Translations under genes and position numbers: made by a program | In this document: piece by piece, positions 25,831 through 35,375 of the stretch | How positions within the stretch are numbered: the stretch's first letter is position 1 | Layout: every line of letters begins with the position of its first letter | Notes under the pieces: model-generated | Databases searched by the model: none | What the model was told of the DNA's origin: nothing | Seen by the model: the letters and a program-made list of their open reading frames with translations, nothing else | Source of the DNA: Candidatus Hermodarchaeota archaeon | GTDB taxonomy: Archaea; Asgardarchaeota; Lokiarchaeia; Sigyniarchaeales; SOKP01 | Assembly (NCBI GenBank): GCA_048885535.1 | Contig: JBHLLO010000021.1 | Coordinates: 1 to 42,838, forward strand | Length of the DNA stretch: 42,838 bases | Reading direction: 5' to 3'

Positions 25831-27738
25831 ATGTTGGCACAAAAAGCACCTTCTCGTCAGATACCAGGAATTATTTCATACATGGATTTTTTTAGTTCTA
25901 AACGTTTAGCCTATTCTCTTTTTTTAGTTATACCAATTTTAGTAGGGACAATCTCATTTATTTTAAATTCTATTTTCACAGGAATTTGGAATTTTTATTT
26001 CTTTTTTTTTGTAATTTTCATTTTTTTAACTATTTCTGGAATAGGTGTTTTAGCTACTATCTTTTATTATTCAAAAAGAGCACCAATATTAAGAATGCCA
26101 CCTAATGGCTGGGCTTTACAATTGAACTCGTTCTTGGGGGGTATTATTGGAATTTGTTACATAATAGGTGAGGTTGTAGCTATTTTTCTTAATAATGTCA
26201 CGTTTGTAGAAATGTTTTTTATACTCGGAACTGTTATTTCCTATATTATAGGGTATGTAATTTATTACTCCTTTACTACAGTCGGAAGATATGGAATTTT
26301 TATTTTAGCATTAATTCAACCAGTAATTGGTATTATTTTATATAGCATTCTAGCAGCTCAAGTATCATTAATCTTCTTTTTGAGAGCAATTATTTTCTTT
26401 ATATCTTGTGCCGTGATCTTTGTAATACCTTATGCAAGAGAAATGTCTACAGTTAGTAAAATTTATAAAAAAGTAGCAGGAATAGGGGGTTATCCTTTTA
26501 TTAGGGCATTTATATTATCAATGATGACCAGAGACAATGATAATTTAATTGAAAGTTATTTTGAAAAAATTGGAATTGAGTCAAAAGTAAAAATTCAATA
26601 TATAGCCATTCGATCTATAAAATCAAAAAAACTAAAAGGCCTTTTTATTATTCCAGATATACATTTTGGACCATTCAAAACTTGTGGATCTTCAGACTTA
26701 CCATCCCGAATTTATAATTCTTTTAATAATATTCCTGGTATAACTGTTTATCATACCACGAATGATCATTCTAGAAATCTAACTACTCATGAAGAACTTG
26801 AGAAAATTTTGATTAAAATTAACGGTGATATAAAAATTATTGAAAATAATGAGAACATTAATTGGGTTAAAGGAATTAAAAGCTTATCAAGAAAAATGCA
26901 AAATTCTGCTAAATTAATAGGAACAGAAATCGGAGATATCCCAATTATGTTTCTTACTCGTCATCCCCTACCTTCAGACGATATGCAACCAGATATTGGT
27001 GATCAAATAAGGGAAATTGCTCTATCTCTTGGATACCATGAGGTTATTATAATTGATTCACACAATTCAATAATTGGTGATGAACTTCTTATAAAGAAAG
27101 ATTCTATTGAAGGAAAAGATTTGATAAATGTAAGTAAAAACTTCTTATCCTCACTTAAAAAGACCCAAAATGCAGATATAAGTCCTATTAAATATGGAGT
27201 TGCAAAAGATGCATTAGAAGAATATTCTGAACGTGATGGAATTGGCTCTGGTGGTTTAGTAGTACATCTTTTTAAAAACACAATTACAGATCAAAAAACA
27301 ATAATTGTTCATTTTGACGCGAATAATGCTTATGTAAATATCAGGTCATTCATTTTGAACATGTTACAAAATCGTGGTATAGAATATGGCGAAGTTACTA
27401 CTTCGGATTCTCATACTGTTGCTAGACAATTTACTAGCAGAGGGTATTCTCCTATTGGTGAAAAAATAAAACTTGATTTTATATTACAAAAATTAGAAGA
27501 ACTAATCCCCAAAGCAGAAAAGAGTTTAACAAATGTTGAGCTCAGTTATTACAGCTCAGAAATAGATAATGTAAAGATATGGGGAGACCCTAAATATTTT
27601 GATACGATAATGGATACACTGCAAGAATGTATAAGGGTTTCTCAAAAATTATTGACTTACAGTCTAATATTACCAACTTTTTTCTCACTATTAATCTTGG
27701 TATTTTATTATAATATTACTTTTGGGGATATATTCTAG
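25831..27738 (+). CDS. DUF2070 family membrane protein (predicted hydrolase)
   Basis: N-terminal TM bundle; PDIHFGPF..GSS.LP, H...HS.N, DSHN, DANN, TSDSH motifs. Confidence 0.88.
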   Translation: MLAQKAPSRQIPGIISYMDFFSSKRLAYSLFLVIPILVGTISFILNSIFTGIWNFYFFFFVIFIFLTISGIGVLATIFYYSKRAPILRMPPNGWALQLNSFLGGIIGICYIIGEVVAIFLNNVTFVEMFFILGTVISYIIGYVIYYSFTTVGRYGIFILALIQPVIGIILYSILAAQVSLIFFLRAIIFFISCAVIFVIPYAREMSTVSKIYKKVAGIGGYPFIRAFILSMMTRDNDNLIESYFEKIGIESKVKIQYIAIRSIKSKKLKGLFIIPDIHFGPFKTCGSSDLPSRIYNSFNNIPGITVYHTTNDHSRNLTTHEELEKILIKINGDIKIIENNENINWVKGIKSLSRKMQNSAKLIGTEIGDIPIMFLTRHPLPSDDMQPDIGDQIREIALSLGYHEVIIIDSHNSIIGDELLIKKDSIEGKDLINVSKNFLSSLKKTQNADISPIKYGVAKDALEEYSERDGIGSGGLVVHLFKNTITDQKTIIVHFDANNAYVNIRSFILNMLQNRGIEYGEVTTSDSHTVARQFTSRGYSPIGEKIKLDFILQKLEELIPKAEKSLTNVELSYYSSEIDNVKIWGDPKYFDTIMDTLQECIRVSQKLLTYSLILPTFFSLLILVFYYNITFGDIF

Positions 27739-27839
27739 ATTTTCAATAATAATTATTTTGATTGAAACTCAATTTTTTGTTTCTACTGCATGATATGTGG
27801 ATATTATCCCGATTCATATAAAATGTGGTTTCTTTTTTG

Positions 27840-27847
27840 TTTAAATA
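27840..27847 (+). promoter_or_regulatory. Putative TATA box for a leaderless GTPase transcript
   Basis: TTTAAATA at archaeal spacing before ATG 27871; the AT-rich background limits certainty. Confidence 0.4.
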
Positions 27848-27870
27848 AATTCTTTTTTATGAATTATTTA

Positions 27871-28407
27871 ATGCTAGCTTCAGAATTACATAATCTATTT
27901 AAAATCTCGTTAATAGGTTTACCAGCTGTAGGTAAAACAACAATATTAAAATTACTTTCTAAAAACACAATTGACAGACTATATTTACCAACCCATGGAT
28001 TTGATTTGAAAACAGTAAAATGCGATGACTATATTGTGCGAATATGGGATTTTGGTGGTCAAGAGTCTTACTTAAAGACTTATAGCCGAGATCATTTGCT
28101 GGGATCAGATATACTCTTCATAGTTACTGATTCTTCACCTAGAAATGTTCTTAAATCTCGTGAATTAATTAATTATGCCACACATTTTATAGAAAAAGAC
28201 TGTCCAATAATTGTGCTTGCTAACAAACAGGATTTAAAAAAAAATGATGGAAGAATGGAACCAACAAGAGTAGAAGATGTTCTTCATGTAAAAACGTATG
28301 GTCTTACAGCAATTAATCCTAATGAACGAATAAAACTTATAAATATCATAAAAAAAGAATTAGAAAAAATTTCAATTAAAAGGAGGATGAAAGAAATTGC
28401 ATTTTAA
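27871..28407 (+). CDS. Small Arf/Ras-superfamily GTPase (eukaryotic signature protein)
   Basis: G1 GLPAVGKT, G2 PTHG, G3 WDFGGQ, G4 NKQD, G5 TA. Start placed at ATG 27871, 24 nt after TATA-like TTTAAATA (track start 27790). Confidence 0.92.
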   Translation: MLASELHNLFKISLIGLPAVGKTTILKLLSKNTIDRLYLPTHGFDLKTVKCDDYIVRIWDFGGQESYLKTYSRDHLLGSDILFIVTDSSPRNVLKSRELINYATHFIEKDCPIIVLANKQDLKKNDGRMEPTRVEDVLHVKTYGLTAINPNERIKLINIIKKELEKISIKRRMKEIAF

Positions 28408-28954
28408 TGAAAAAGAACTATTTGGGGCTGCTCTTATTGGATTTGATATGATTGATGGACCTTGTTTGCGATGGACTAAGTTTTATAATTCTAACGATAA
28501 ATTAATGAAATTAGATGATTTTGCTATGAATTTTTATCTTGCATTTAGAGGAGGGAATGCTGGAAAAAAGCCTAGAGCTATCTTATACGATAATTTTTAT
28601 ATAGTAGCTTTTCCAAGAGACTTAGAATTGTGTTGCTTGTTTATGAAACCACAAGGTATTGAAAATAACTTGAAACAATTAAATAAGATTGCAGAAAGAA
28701 TCATTGGAGAGATGGAAGTTGATGAAGACGATTCTGTAGAAGATTCTAAAACCTCAGATGAAGACACAATTGAAGAAGTTAAAAGATTGATATTAAATCT
28801 ATTAAATGGAAATACTATGTCAACACCAGAGTTAAGGAGGTATTTTAAATTAAGTAACTCTCAAATTTGGAAAGTTATATCTGATTTAGAAAATAGCAAT
28901 AAAGTAAAGCGTGTTGATAGAAAAGGAAGAGCAGTATTTTGGACGGCTATATAA
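28397..28954 (+). CDS. Longin/uDENN-like domain fused to a C-terminal winged helix-turn-helix
   Basis: N-terminal AALIGFDMIDGP (hhhxFDxxxGP), acidic linker, then ILNLL...MSTPEL...LSNSQIWKVISDLENSNKVKR..RKGRAVFW. TTG start with AGGAGG at 28381-28386; overlaps the GTPase by 11 nt. Confidence 0.75.
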   Translation: MHFNEKELFGAALIGFDMIDGPCLRWTKFYNSNDKLMKLDDFAMNFYLAFRGGNAGKKPRAILYDNFYIVAFPRDLELCCLFMKPQGIENNLKQLNKIAERIIGEMEVDEDDSVEDSKTSDEDTIEEVKRLILNLLNGNTMSTPELRRYFKLSNSQIWKVISDLENSNKVKRVDRKGRAVFWTAI

Positions 28955-29000
28955 CATTCATTTATTAATTTTTTTATAATTAAACTTATAAAAAAATAGC

Positions 29001-29816
29001 CTATCTGGCCCTATGGGTCCATCCCTTAATTTTAGTAAAATAGCGAGAAAACATCATAAAACAAATGTCTGGAAGCTCTTTATCCTGATTCTTCATGGTA
29101 ATATATCTTAAGATGTGATTGATTGTAAAAATTCCAATTAACTCAGCATGATAACTATCAATATTTCTTGATAAATTATTTCCTTTATAAGCGATATCTA
29201 ACTCTTCTTGGTCATTAAAAGTTAATTCAATAAAAATTTTAGGAAAGGCTTCTCTCTTTATTTTCCACCCATTTGAAATTTGCCATACCTTAGCACCAAT
29301 AAATTTTCCAAGGGGTTCTTGGTCTTTTTCATCTAATAAAGAAAATGGTTTAACTCTCTGAGATAAGACTTTCCTCATCAAATCAGTTTTCTGATGATAA
29401 TTCATTTCAAAAGGTTCTTTTTCCTTGATTCGACGTTCTAATAAATCCATAATGATATCAATGAATGTAGCACTATCTTCCCCCGGAACCTTATTAACAT
29501 GCTCTCCCGAAAATAGAAATTTAAATTCAGCCTCAACGGTATCACCAAATTCACTACCAAAATAAGTAAAAAGTAAATGAATCTTCACTTGAGGAAACAT
29601 ATTAATTGTGATTGTCCAATCTTCATTTAATCCCAAATTCTCGAGTTCGGCTCCTAAATCTGTTCTTACAATGTTTAAAAGCTTTTTTTGGTCAATATTT
29701 ATAAAGTGATGATATTTTGCCATGCTAATATTTCTAAGTTCTATTTCATGAGGTCCTCTTACACCAGTTGCATCAATTTCTCCAATAGTCCAATATTTTT
29801 TCTTTTTATCTTCCAA
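29001..29816 (-). CDS. Hypothetical protein with duplicated DUF3786-like domain
   Basis: LGA...W.I...FP.V.I.L occurs twice (LGAELE..WTITINMFPQVKIHL; IGAKVW..WKIKREAFPKIFIEL); EF...F.F...ED in copy 1. TTG start behind GCAGGT. Confidence 0.6.
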   Translation of the reverse strand: MEDKKKKYWTIGEIDATGVRGPHEIELRNISMAKYHHFINIDQKKLLNIVRTDLGAELENLGLNEDWTITINMFPQVKIHLLFTYFGSEFGDTVEAEFKFLFSGEHVNKVPGEDSATFIDIIMDLLERRIKEKEPFEMNYHQKTDLMRKVLSQRVKPFSLLDEKDQEPLGKFIGAKVWQISNGWKIKREAFPKIFIELTFNDQEELDIAYKGNNLSRNIDSYHAELIGIFTINHILRYITMKNQDKELPDICFMMFSRYFTKIKGWTHRAR

Positions 29817-29854
29817 TAAGATAACCTGCTAACAATTATATGTATTAATTTATG

Positions 29855-31171
29855 TTATTGTCCTTTTATTTTGAACTTACCCACAAAAAATCCTTGTGTT
29901 TTATGAATGGCAGGGAATAATCGACCCGTTCCTTTTAAAATATGATTTTTTATTCTATAGCAGGGTGAGAACCATTTTGGAATAGTGAGAGGTTCCAAAA
30001 ATTTTTTAAATTTCATTATTTGTTGTTCACCTTCTTCGGGGTATAAACTACATGTAGAATAGACGATGATTCCATTTTCTTTTATAAATGTTAGTGCTGT
30101 CTTAATGAGCTTTTCTTGAATTAAAGTATTTTGATACAGAAACCTTCCATTTTGACGCCATTTAAGCTCAGGATTTAATAAAAATGTTCCACTACCTGTA
30201 CAAGGAGCGTCAATTAAAATCCTATCGAATTTTTTTCTTGATTTAAATGGTAATTTTGTTCCATCTGAATTTATTAGATAGAAATTTGAAACCTTCAGAA
30301 AGGTTAAAAAATTTCTCGCAGCCTCTATTCTAGTTTGATGAAAGTCATTACAAATTATTTTTGCTTCATTGTTAGTTAATTGTGCAATTATACTAGATTT
30401 TATTCCAGGAGCAGCACACATATCAAAAATAATTTCTCTTGGCTTTGGAGATAATAAATCTACTATTGCTGAAGAGGCTTTATCTTGAAATACAATTTGA
30501 GCATTTTTATAACTCCTAGTGCGAAGAATTTTACTTTTATTTCTAGGTGAAGTATGGAAAATGCTAGGAATATCTTTATCTTTCCAAATTTTGACGTTAA
30601 TTTTATTTAATTCTCTCAATATTGAATTAGTTAATGAAGGCAATGAATCACCAGAAGACAACGTATTGATTCTAAAACTTATTGACTTTTGATTATTAAA
30701 CTGATTCATATACCTGATATTTTTTTCTAAAAAGTCAAAAGCCATTACTGGCATTAAATGTTCGATAACAAAGTTTGGAATTGCTTCTTTAATACTTAAT
30801 TTTTCCAATCGAGTCTTCTCAGCTAAAGCTAACTTCCAAGAAAAAGTTTTTAATCTCTCCAAAAAGGGAATAAAACAATTTTTCAGCTTTAATTCAGCTA
30901 TTATTGGTTTAATACTAGCCTTTTCAAAAGTTATGCGGTAAGTGGCATATAATATCCTCTCCATTTCACATAATTCAAAATCAGTAAAGTTTGGAAGAGA
31001 TCGGAGAGTTTTCTTAATGATAAAGTTTAATTTATTCCAATATCTCACAATTTCGCTATAATAATGAAAAACTTGAGGATTAAGTCTAATTTCTTCATTA
31101 ATGATTTGAGACTTTCCTTGTAGAAATTCAGCAACTAAGTTCAGAATCGTGTTAATTGTATTAGAGTCTAT
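29855..31171 (-). CDS. RsmB/NOP2 family RNA m5C methyltransferase
   Basis: QDKAS, DMCAAPG.K, DAPCTGSG, YSTCS, GFF. Frame extends 41 codons upstream of GTG 31048 to ATA 31171 behind GAGAGGT. Confidence 0.92.
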   Translation of the reverse strand: MDSNTINTILNLVAEFLQGKSQIINEEIRLNPQVFHYYSEIVRYWNKLNFIIKKTLRSLPNFTDFELCEMERILYATYRITFEKASIKPIIAELKLKNCFIPFLERLKTFSWKLALAEKTRLEKLSIKEAIPNFVIEHLMPVMAFDFLEKNIRYMNQFNNQKSISFRINTLSSGDSLPSLTNSILRELNKINVKIWKDKDIPSIFHTSPRNKSKILRTRSYKNAQIVFQDKASSAIVDLLSPKPREIIFDMCAAPGIKSSIIAQLTNNEAKIICNDFHQTRIEAARNFLTFLKVSNFYLINSDGTKLPFKSRKKFDRILIDAPCTGSGTFLLNPELKWRQNGRFLYQNTLIQEKLIKTALTFIKENGIIVYSTCSLYPEEGEQQIMKFKKFLEPLTIPKWFSPCYRIKNHILKGTGRLFPAIHKTQGFFVGKFKIKGQ

Positions 31172-31245
31172 AGTAAATAACCTCTCAATATCGTTTATTG
31201 AAATATGAAATATAATAAAAAGATTATAAAAAAAATTAGATTTGA

Positions 31246-34200
31246 TTATTTTATATCCACAGGTTTAATTATTCCTTTATTTTTAAGTGATAAAATTGCA
31301 CTGATTATTTGATCTCTAGACTCTTTTCGCCCTGCTAAGCCAAAACTTAATAGACTTGATACAAAGAAGAATTTTTTCTCTTTTTGAATTTGCTCTGCCA
31401 CATCAACAAGAGTTTTTTCTAAAGTCTTTAATTTAAACACATCTCTGAAACTAGCTAACTGGAGAGGATACATTAATGAAATATTAAAATATTTTTCTAT
31501 TAAGGAATCAGCGTCTTTAAAGGGTGTTAGATCCCCTGTAAATCTTTCTAAGTAAGCCTTATATTTAGTTTCAAAAGTTGTTGTAAAAGCTGTCTGATTT
31601 TCTTTCAGCTGATCTGATGGAGACCTCTCTAAGATTAAGGCAACTCTTATAAAATCTCCATCAGTCATTATTATCTTAAAGTCATAGTAATCCATCTCAA
31701 ATCCTTTACTTTCATCGGTTGGTGTTTTACTGAGTTCTTTTCTAAACTGAGAAATAGCTTGGAGAAAACCCGAGATTAAGTCTGAATCTATTACATCTAA
31801 GGATATCTGTTTATTGAATATTGAGACTCCAACATCTTTATGAATAATCATAATATAAGATATGTTAACCAAATCGTCTAAAATTTTAGCCTCATTAGCC
31901 CAAGTTCTCTTAAGTTTTTTACGCCTCTGAGATCTAACTACTACAAAAATAAAGATCGCCGCAATAATGGCTAACATATACGGTAGGATTTGAAAAAAAG
32001 TATCCATGAAAATAATGAAATCATCAACAATTCTGAAATAATTTGATGTGATCTCATAATTTGTATAAATTCCATGTCCTTCAAATCGAACTCTAATTGA
32101 AAATAAATTACCTGTTTCCGAAAAAACTAAACTTGTTGATGCAATACCTTCTGTGTTTGTAATTGCACTGCTTTCCGATTTAACTACAGAGTTTAGATCC
32201 AATAATTCAAAAATTAAATTTAAATCTTCAATTGGTCTACCAGTAAAAGTAGTAATTCTAACTGAAAAAAGTTGATTTCCCGTCATATATTGACTAATAG
32301 GACGCTCCAAAAATTCAATTATAACTTGGACCTTATATACCTCATATGTTCCATTTACATCAAATCTAATAATGTTCCATAATGAACTCACATTAAATTC
32401 AAAAAATCCTAAAGTAGGTTGCCCTCTATCAATATCACCCTCCCAGTATCCCCTACCAACACCGAGATCCTGAATATCAATACCAAAATTTTGTAATTTT
32501 ATATCTGATGCTCTTATTTCATTATTTTTTAATCCAAGTCCAATTTTGGAAGCAATATCTGAAGATATTATATTTTGAATATATAAATTTAAAGTAAATT
32601 CATCAACAGAAACATTGAATTTCTCAAATCCGGTACTTCCTAGATATCTTAAACGCATCCTAATGGAATTTTCATCGCTTGAGTTTATTAATTGCAAAGC
32701 TACCCATGTATAGAGAGAATTTAAGGAACTTTCTTGCGTGGTTTCATATCTATTGGCCAATGTTTTATTATCTTCTGTAATTACTAACCATTCTAGTTGA
32801 TTTTCTTCAGGAGATAAGAAGGTGTAATTTCTATTACCTTTATATATTTCAATTATAGCAAGGTCTAGATCATCCTGTGTAATGATACTTACATTTGAAC
32901 TAACTCTAAAATCTATCTGCGGTAAATAAGGGTACGGATAAACTGGTGGAGTGAAAATATCTTCCCAATCAAACATATCGACATCCCAGAAAGAACTCCC
33001 AATATCGGGTAAGATATTAAACTTAAATTCTAAAGAGAGATTATTAGTGTTTGCTTGGGCTTCAAAATATTTATTATCATTTAACTTTAATAGATCTAAG
33101 TTATTCTCACTCGTAATAGTCCCATTTAAAGCATCCAAATTTATTTCTAAGGGGGATATTAACTCTTGAATTAACGGATCGTAAGGTAAAATTGTGTTAT
33201 TTATTTGGAGTCTTTCTCCGAAGTGAATTGTAAACAAATTATAAGATGTATCAAATGTTCCTATCCCTCTATATTGAAATCGAAATTCCATTGAATTACT
33301 ATTACTAAAATTCATGAAAAATTTAAGAAAGTAAAGTTTTTCTAGTGGATCACTTATTTTATAACTCAAAAGCGTTTCGTTTTCTTGTATAAGATCAATT
33401 TTATCAGATATATCAACCCATTCATTACTACTATAATTTTTCAGAAAAAGGTTAGCTGTATTTACGTCTATAACGCTACTTACATTCGTAACTAAATAGA
33501 AATCTATGCTATTTAAGAATGCGGTGTGAACTAATTGCCAGAGTCCTGGAAAAGCTACAAAGAAGTTTACAATTGTCTCATTTAAGATTCCTGAGGTTAG
33601 GTCTTGAATATGGAATTTCATATCTAATGTTAAATTATTTGTATTAGCTAAACAATTATATCTATCTTCATCAAATTCTCTAAAGGATGATAAATCACCT
33701 TTAGTATTAGTGCCATTAATTATATTTGTGATTTCTTTAACGTCGTTAACGGTAAAATTTTCAATAACAACTCTATTGTAGAATAAGTAAGTATCCCCTT
33801 CATCGCTATTCTCTTGATCTGGATTAAAATAAAGAAATTTTGGACCACCTCCGTAAAAAGTATCATCCGGAGGAATTTTTATTCGAAAGGCAAACCAATA
33901 TTTATCCATTCCATTTTCTATTGTATGATAAGTTTTTGATATATTCAAGTAGATTGGTCCTACTTCAGAGTTTAAAAAATCATAAACCTCCCAATGCGCT
34001 GCTATATTAAGAGGGTGAGGTTTAGTCAATGATCCAAGCGTTTCATTATTTGGAATACCTTCAGTGGTACAATTCACTATAGCAACTTCCCATGAATTTT
34101 CTTCCGAATAGTTGTAAATATTTATAATGTCTTGAATGAAAATGCTTACATTATTGACATATTGGCTAATTTCAACAAAAAATTTTTGATATATGTACAA

Positions 34201-34566
34201 TGGTTCGTTTTCAGAACTATAAATAAACTCTGTGGGGTTTTGTTCTATAATTTTCGTATAATTTATTGCTCGAATATTTTCAAAAGACATTTTAGCATAT
34301 GAAATGTTGTAATCTGGAATATATACTTTAGGTTGGGTATTAAGATTCGGAGTACTCTTATATATATAGCAATCTGAACTAGTTGCTGTTATGTTAATAA
34401 ACTCCTTTCCAGTACGATTGACTGCTTGAGAGTTTATCATATAGCTTTTTTCAATTGAATGAAAATCACTCGCATTTAAAGTAAAAAATACAATAATAGG
34501 TCCAGATAACAGACTAAGAAAGATTAAATAAATTGAATATAACATTCGTTTTTTTAAATTCAACAT
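31246..34566 (-). CDS. Large single-pass membrane protein: repeated beta-rich ectodomain, TM, cytoplasmic longin-like + winged-helix-like tail
   Basis: N-terminal signal/TM; many NxS/T sequons; TM ILPYMLAIIAAIFIFVVV then RSQRRKK; YIMIIHKDVGVSIF...DSDLISGFLQAISQF; C-terminal IISAILSLKNKGIIKP. Confidence 0.82.
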   Translation of the reverse strand: MLNLKKRMLYSIYLIFLSLLSGPIIVFFTLNASDFHSIEKSYMINSQAVNRTGKEFINITATSSDCYIYKSTPNLNTQPKVYIPDYNISYAKMSFENIRAINYTKIIEQNPTEFIYSSENEPLYIYQKFFVEISQYVNNVSIFIQDIINIYNYSEENSWEVAIVNCTTEGIPNNETLGSLTKPHPLNIAAHWEVYDFLNSEVGPIYLNISKTYHTIENGMDKYWFAFRIKIPPDDTFYGGGPKFLYFNPDQENSDEGDTYLFYNRVVIENFTVNDVKEITNIINGTNTKGDLSSFREFDEDRYNCLANTNNLTLDMKFHIQDLTSGILNETIVNFFVAFPGLWQLVHTAFLNSIDFYLVTNVSSVIDVNTANLFLKNYSSNEWVDISDKIDLIQENETLLSYKISDPLEKLYFLKFFMNFSNSNSMEFRFQYRGIGTFDTSYNLFTIHFGERLQINNTILPYDPLIQELISPLEINLDALNGTITSENNLDLLKLNDNKYFEAQANTNNLSLEFKFNILPDIGSSFWDVDMFDWEDIFTPPVYPYPYLPQIDFRVSSNVSIITQDDLDLAIIEIYKGNRNYTFLSPEENQLEWLVITEDNKTLANRYETTQESSLNSLYTWVALQLINSSDENSIRMRLRYLGSTGFEKFNVSVDEFTLNLYIQNIISSDIASKIGLGLKNNEIRASDIKLQNFGIDIQDLGVGRGYWEGDIDRGQPTLGFFEFNVSSLWNIIRFDVNGTYEVYKVQVIIEFLERPISQYMTGNQLFSVRITTFTGRPIEDLNLIFELLDLNSVVKSESSAITNTEGIASTSLVFSETGNLFSIRVRFEGHGIYTNYEITSNYFRIVDDFIIFMDTFFQILPYMLAIIAAIFIFVVVRSQRRKKLKRTWANEAKILDDLVNISYIMIIHKDVGVSIFNKQISLDVIDSDLISGFLQAISQFRKELSKTPTDESKGFEMDYYDFKIIMTDGDFIRVALILERSPSDQLKENQTAFTTTFETKYKAYLERFTGDLTPFKDADSLIEKYFNISLMYPLQLASFRDVFKLKTLEKTLVDVAEQIQKEKKFFFVSSLLSFGLAGRKESRDQIISAILSLKNKGIIKPVDIK

Positions 34567-34791
34567 ATATTTTCATCATTTCGTTTAAAAGTATACTTGA
34601 ATATCAAATACCATTCTGAGTTTTTAAAATTATACGTTCTAGTCAAAGCGAAACTATATCCAGATTGCTAAATAATGCTTACAAAATTCAATTCTTACGT
34701 TCTTAATAATATACTAAGAGAACATTTTAAAAAGCAGGAAAGATAGAAATTTAATATTATTTCATAAATGCAAAAAAGTGTGAATTTGAGG

Positions 34792-35304
34792 ATGGAATCA
34801 AAAGAAGAGGAAAAAGAAAGTATTAGCATTGATCAAAACAAATTGAGCATTCGTGTTGCCATAACAGCTATAACAGCATCTTTATATATTGCATTGGGAT
34901 ATATATTCCAACCAATTAGCTTTTATGGAATCCAATTTCGTGTTGCAGAGCTAATGGTTGGAATGTGCATAATATTCCCTTGGGAAGGCTTGATTGGAAA
35001 GGTAATTGGAGTATTTTTTGTTAATTTAACCTCACCACTAGGACCAATTGATCTAATAAGTGTATTTGTCAACATTCCAGCACTCTATTGCATTGTATTA
35101 TTAAGAAATATGAAATTGTTAAAATATTTAGGAGGAATAATCTATTCTGCTATAATCTCATTATATGTCGCTACGGTTCTCAATTTTGCATTTGGATTAC
35201 CAATTCCGTTGAGTTTCATTCAAGTGCTAATTTCCGAAGTAATTTTATCGATTATTGGAATATTGTTATTTGATATTGTTAAATACAGGATGTTTCAAAT
35301 ATGA
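34792..35304 (+). CDS. queT: QueT family queuosine-precursor transporter (ECF S component)
   Basis: ALY..L...PISFYGIQFRVAE signature, N..SPLG..D, 5-6 TM. Start either 34768 or 34792 (the latter behind GAGG). Confidence 0.85.
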   Translation: MESKEEEKESISIDQNKLSIRVAITAITASLYIALGYIFQPISFYGIQFRVAELMVGMCIIFPWEGLIGKVIGVFFVNLTSPLGPIDLISVFVNIPALYCIVLLRNMKLLKYLGGIIYSAIISLYVATVLNFAFGLPIPLSFIQVLISEVILSIIGILLFDIVKYRMFQI

Positions 35305-35375
35305 AAAAATAATCAAAAATTTGAAGAACCTAATTTTGAACAAATTAAAGTTAAAAAAAAGAAGGAATTTTAATT

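Noticed and set aside
27790-27870. N-terminal extension of the GTPase (MICGYYPDSYKMWFLFCLNKFFF)
   Set aside because: It has the composition of translated AT-rich promoter sequence and contains the likely TATA box; the downstream ATG is preferred.
28790-28954. Z-alpha domain call for the winged helix
   Set aside because: It lacks the N..LY recognition residues and the PP-x-W wing; a generic DNA-binding wHTH fits better.
34633-34657. preQ1-I riboswitch-like string (CG-TTCTAG...CG-AAACTA) upstream of queT
   Set aside because: The loop and tail resemble the motif, but P1 would have only 2 bp and the A-rich linker is too short. An Infernal search would be needed to revive it.
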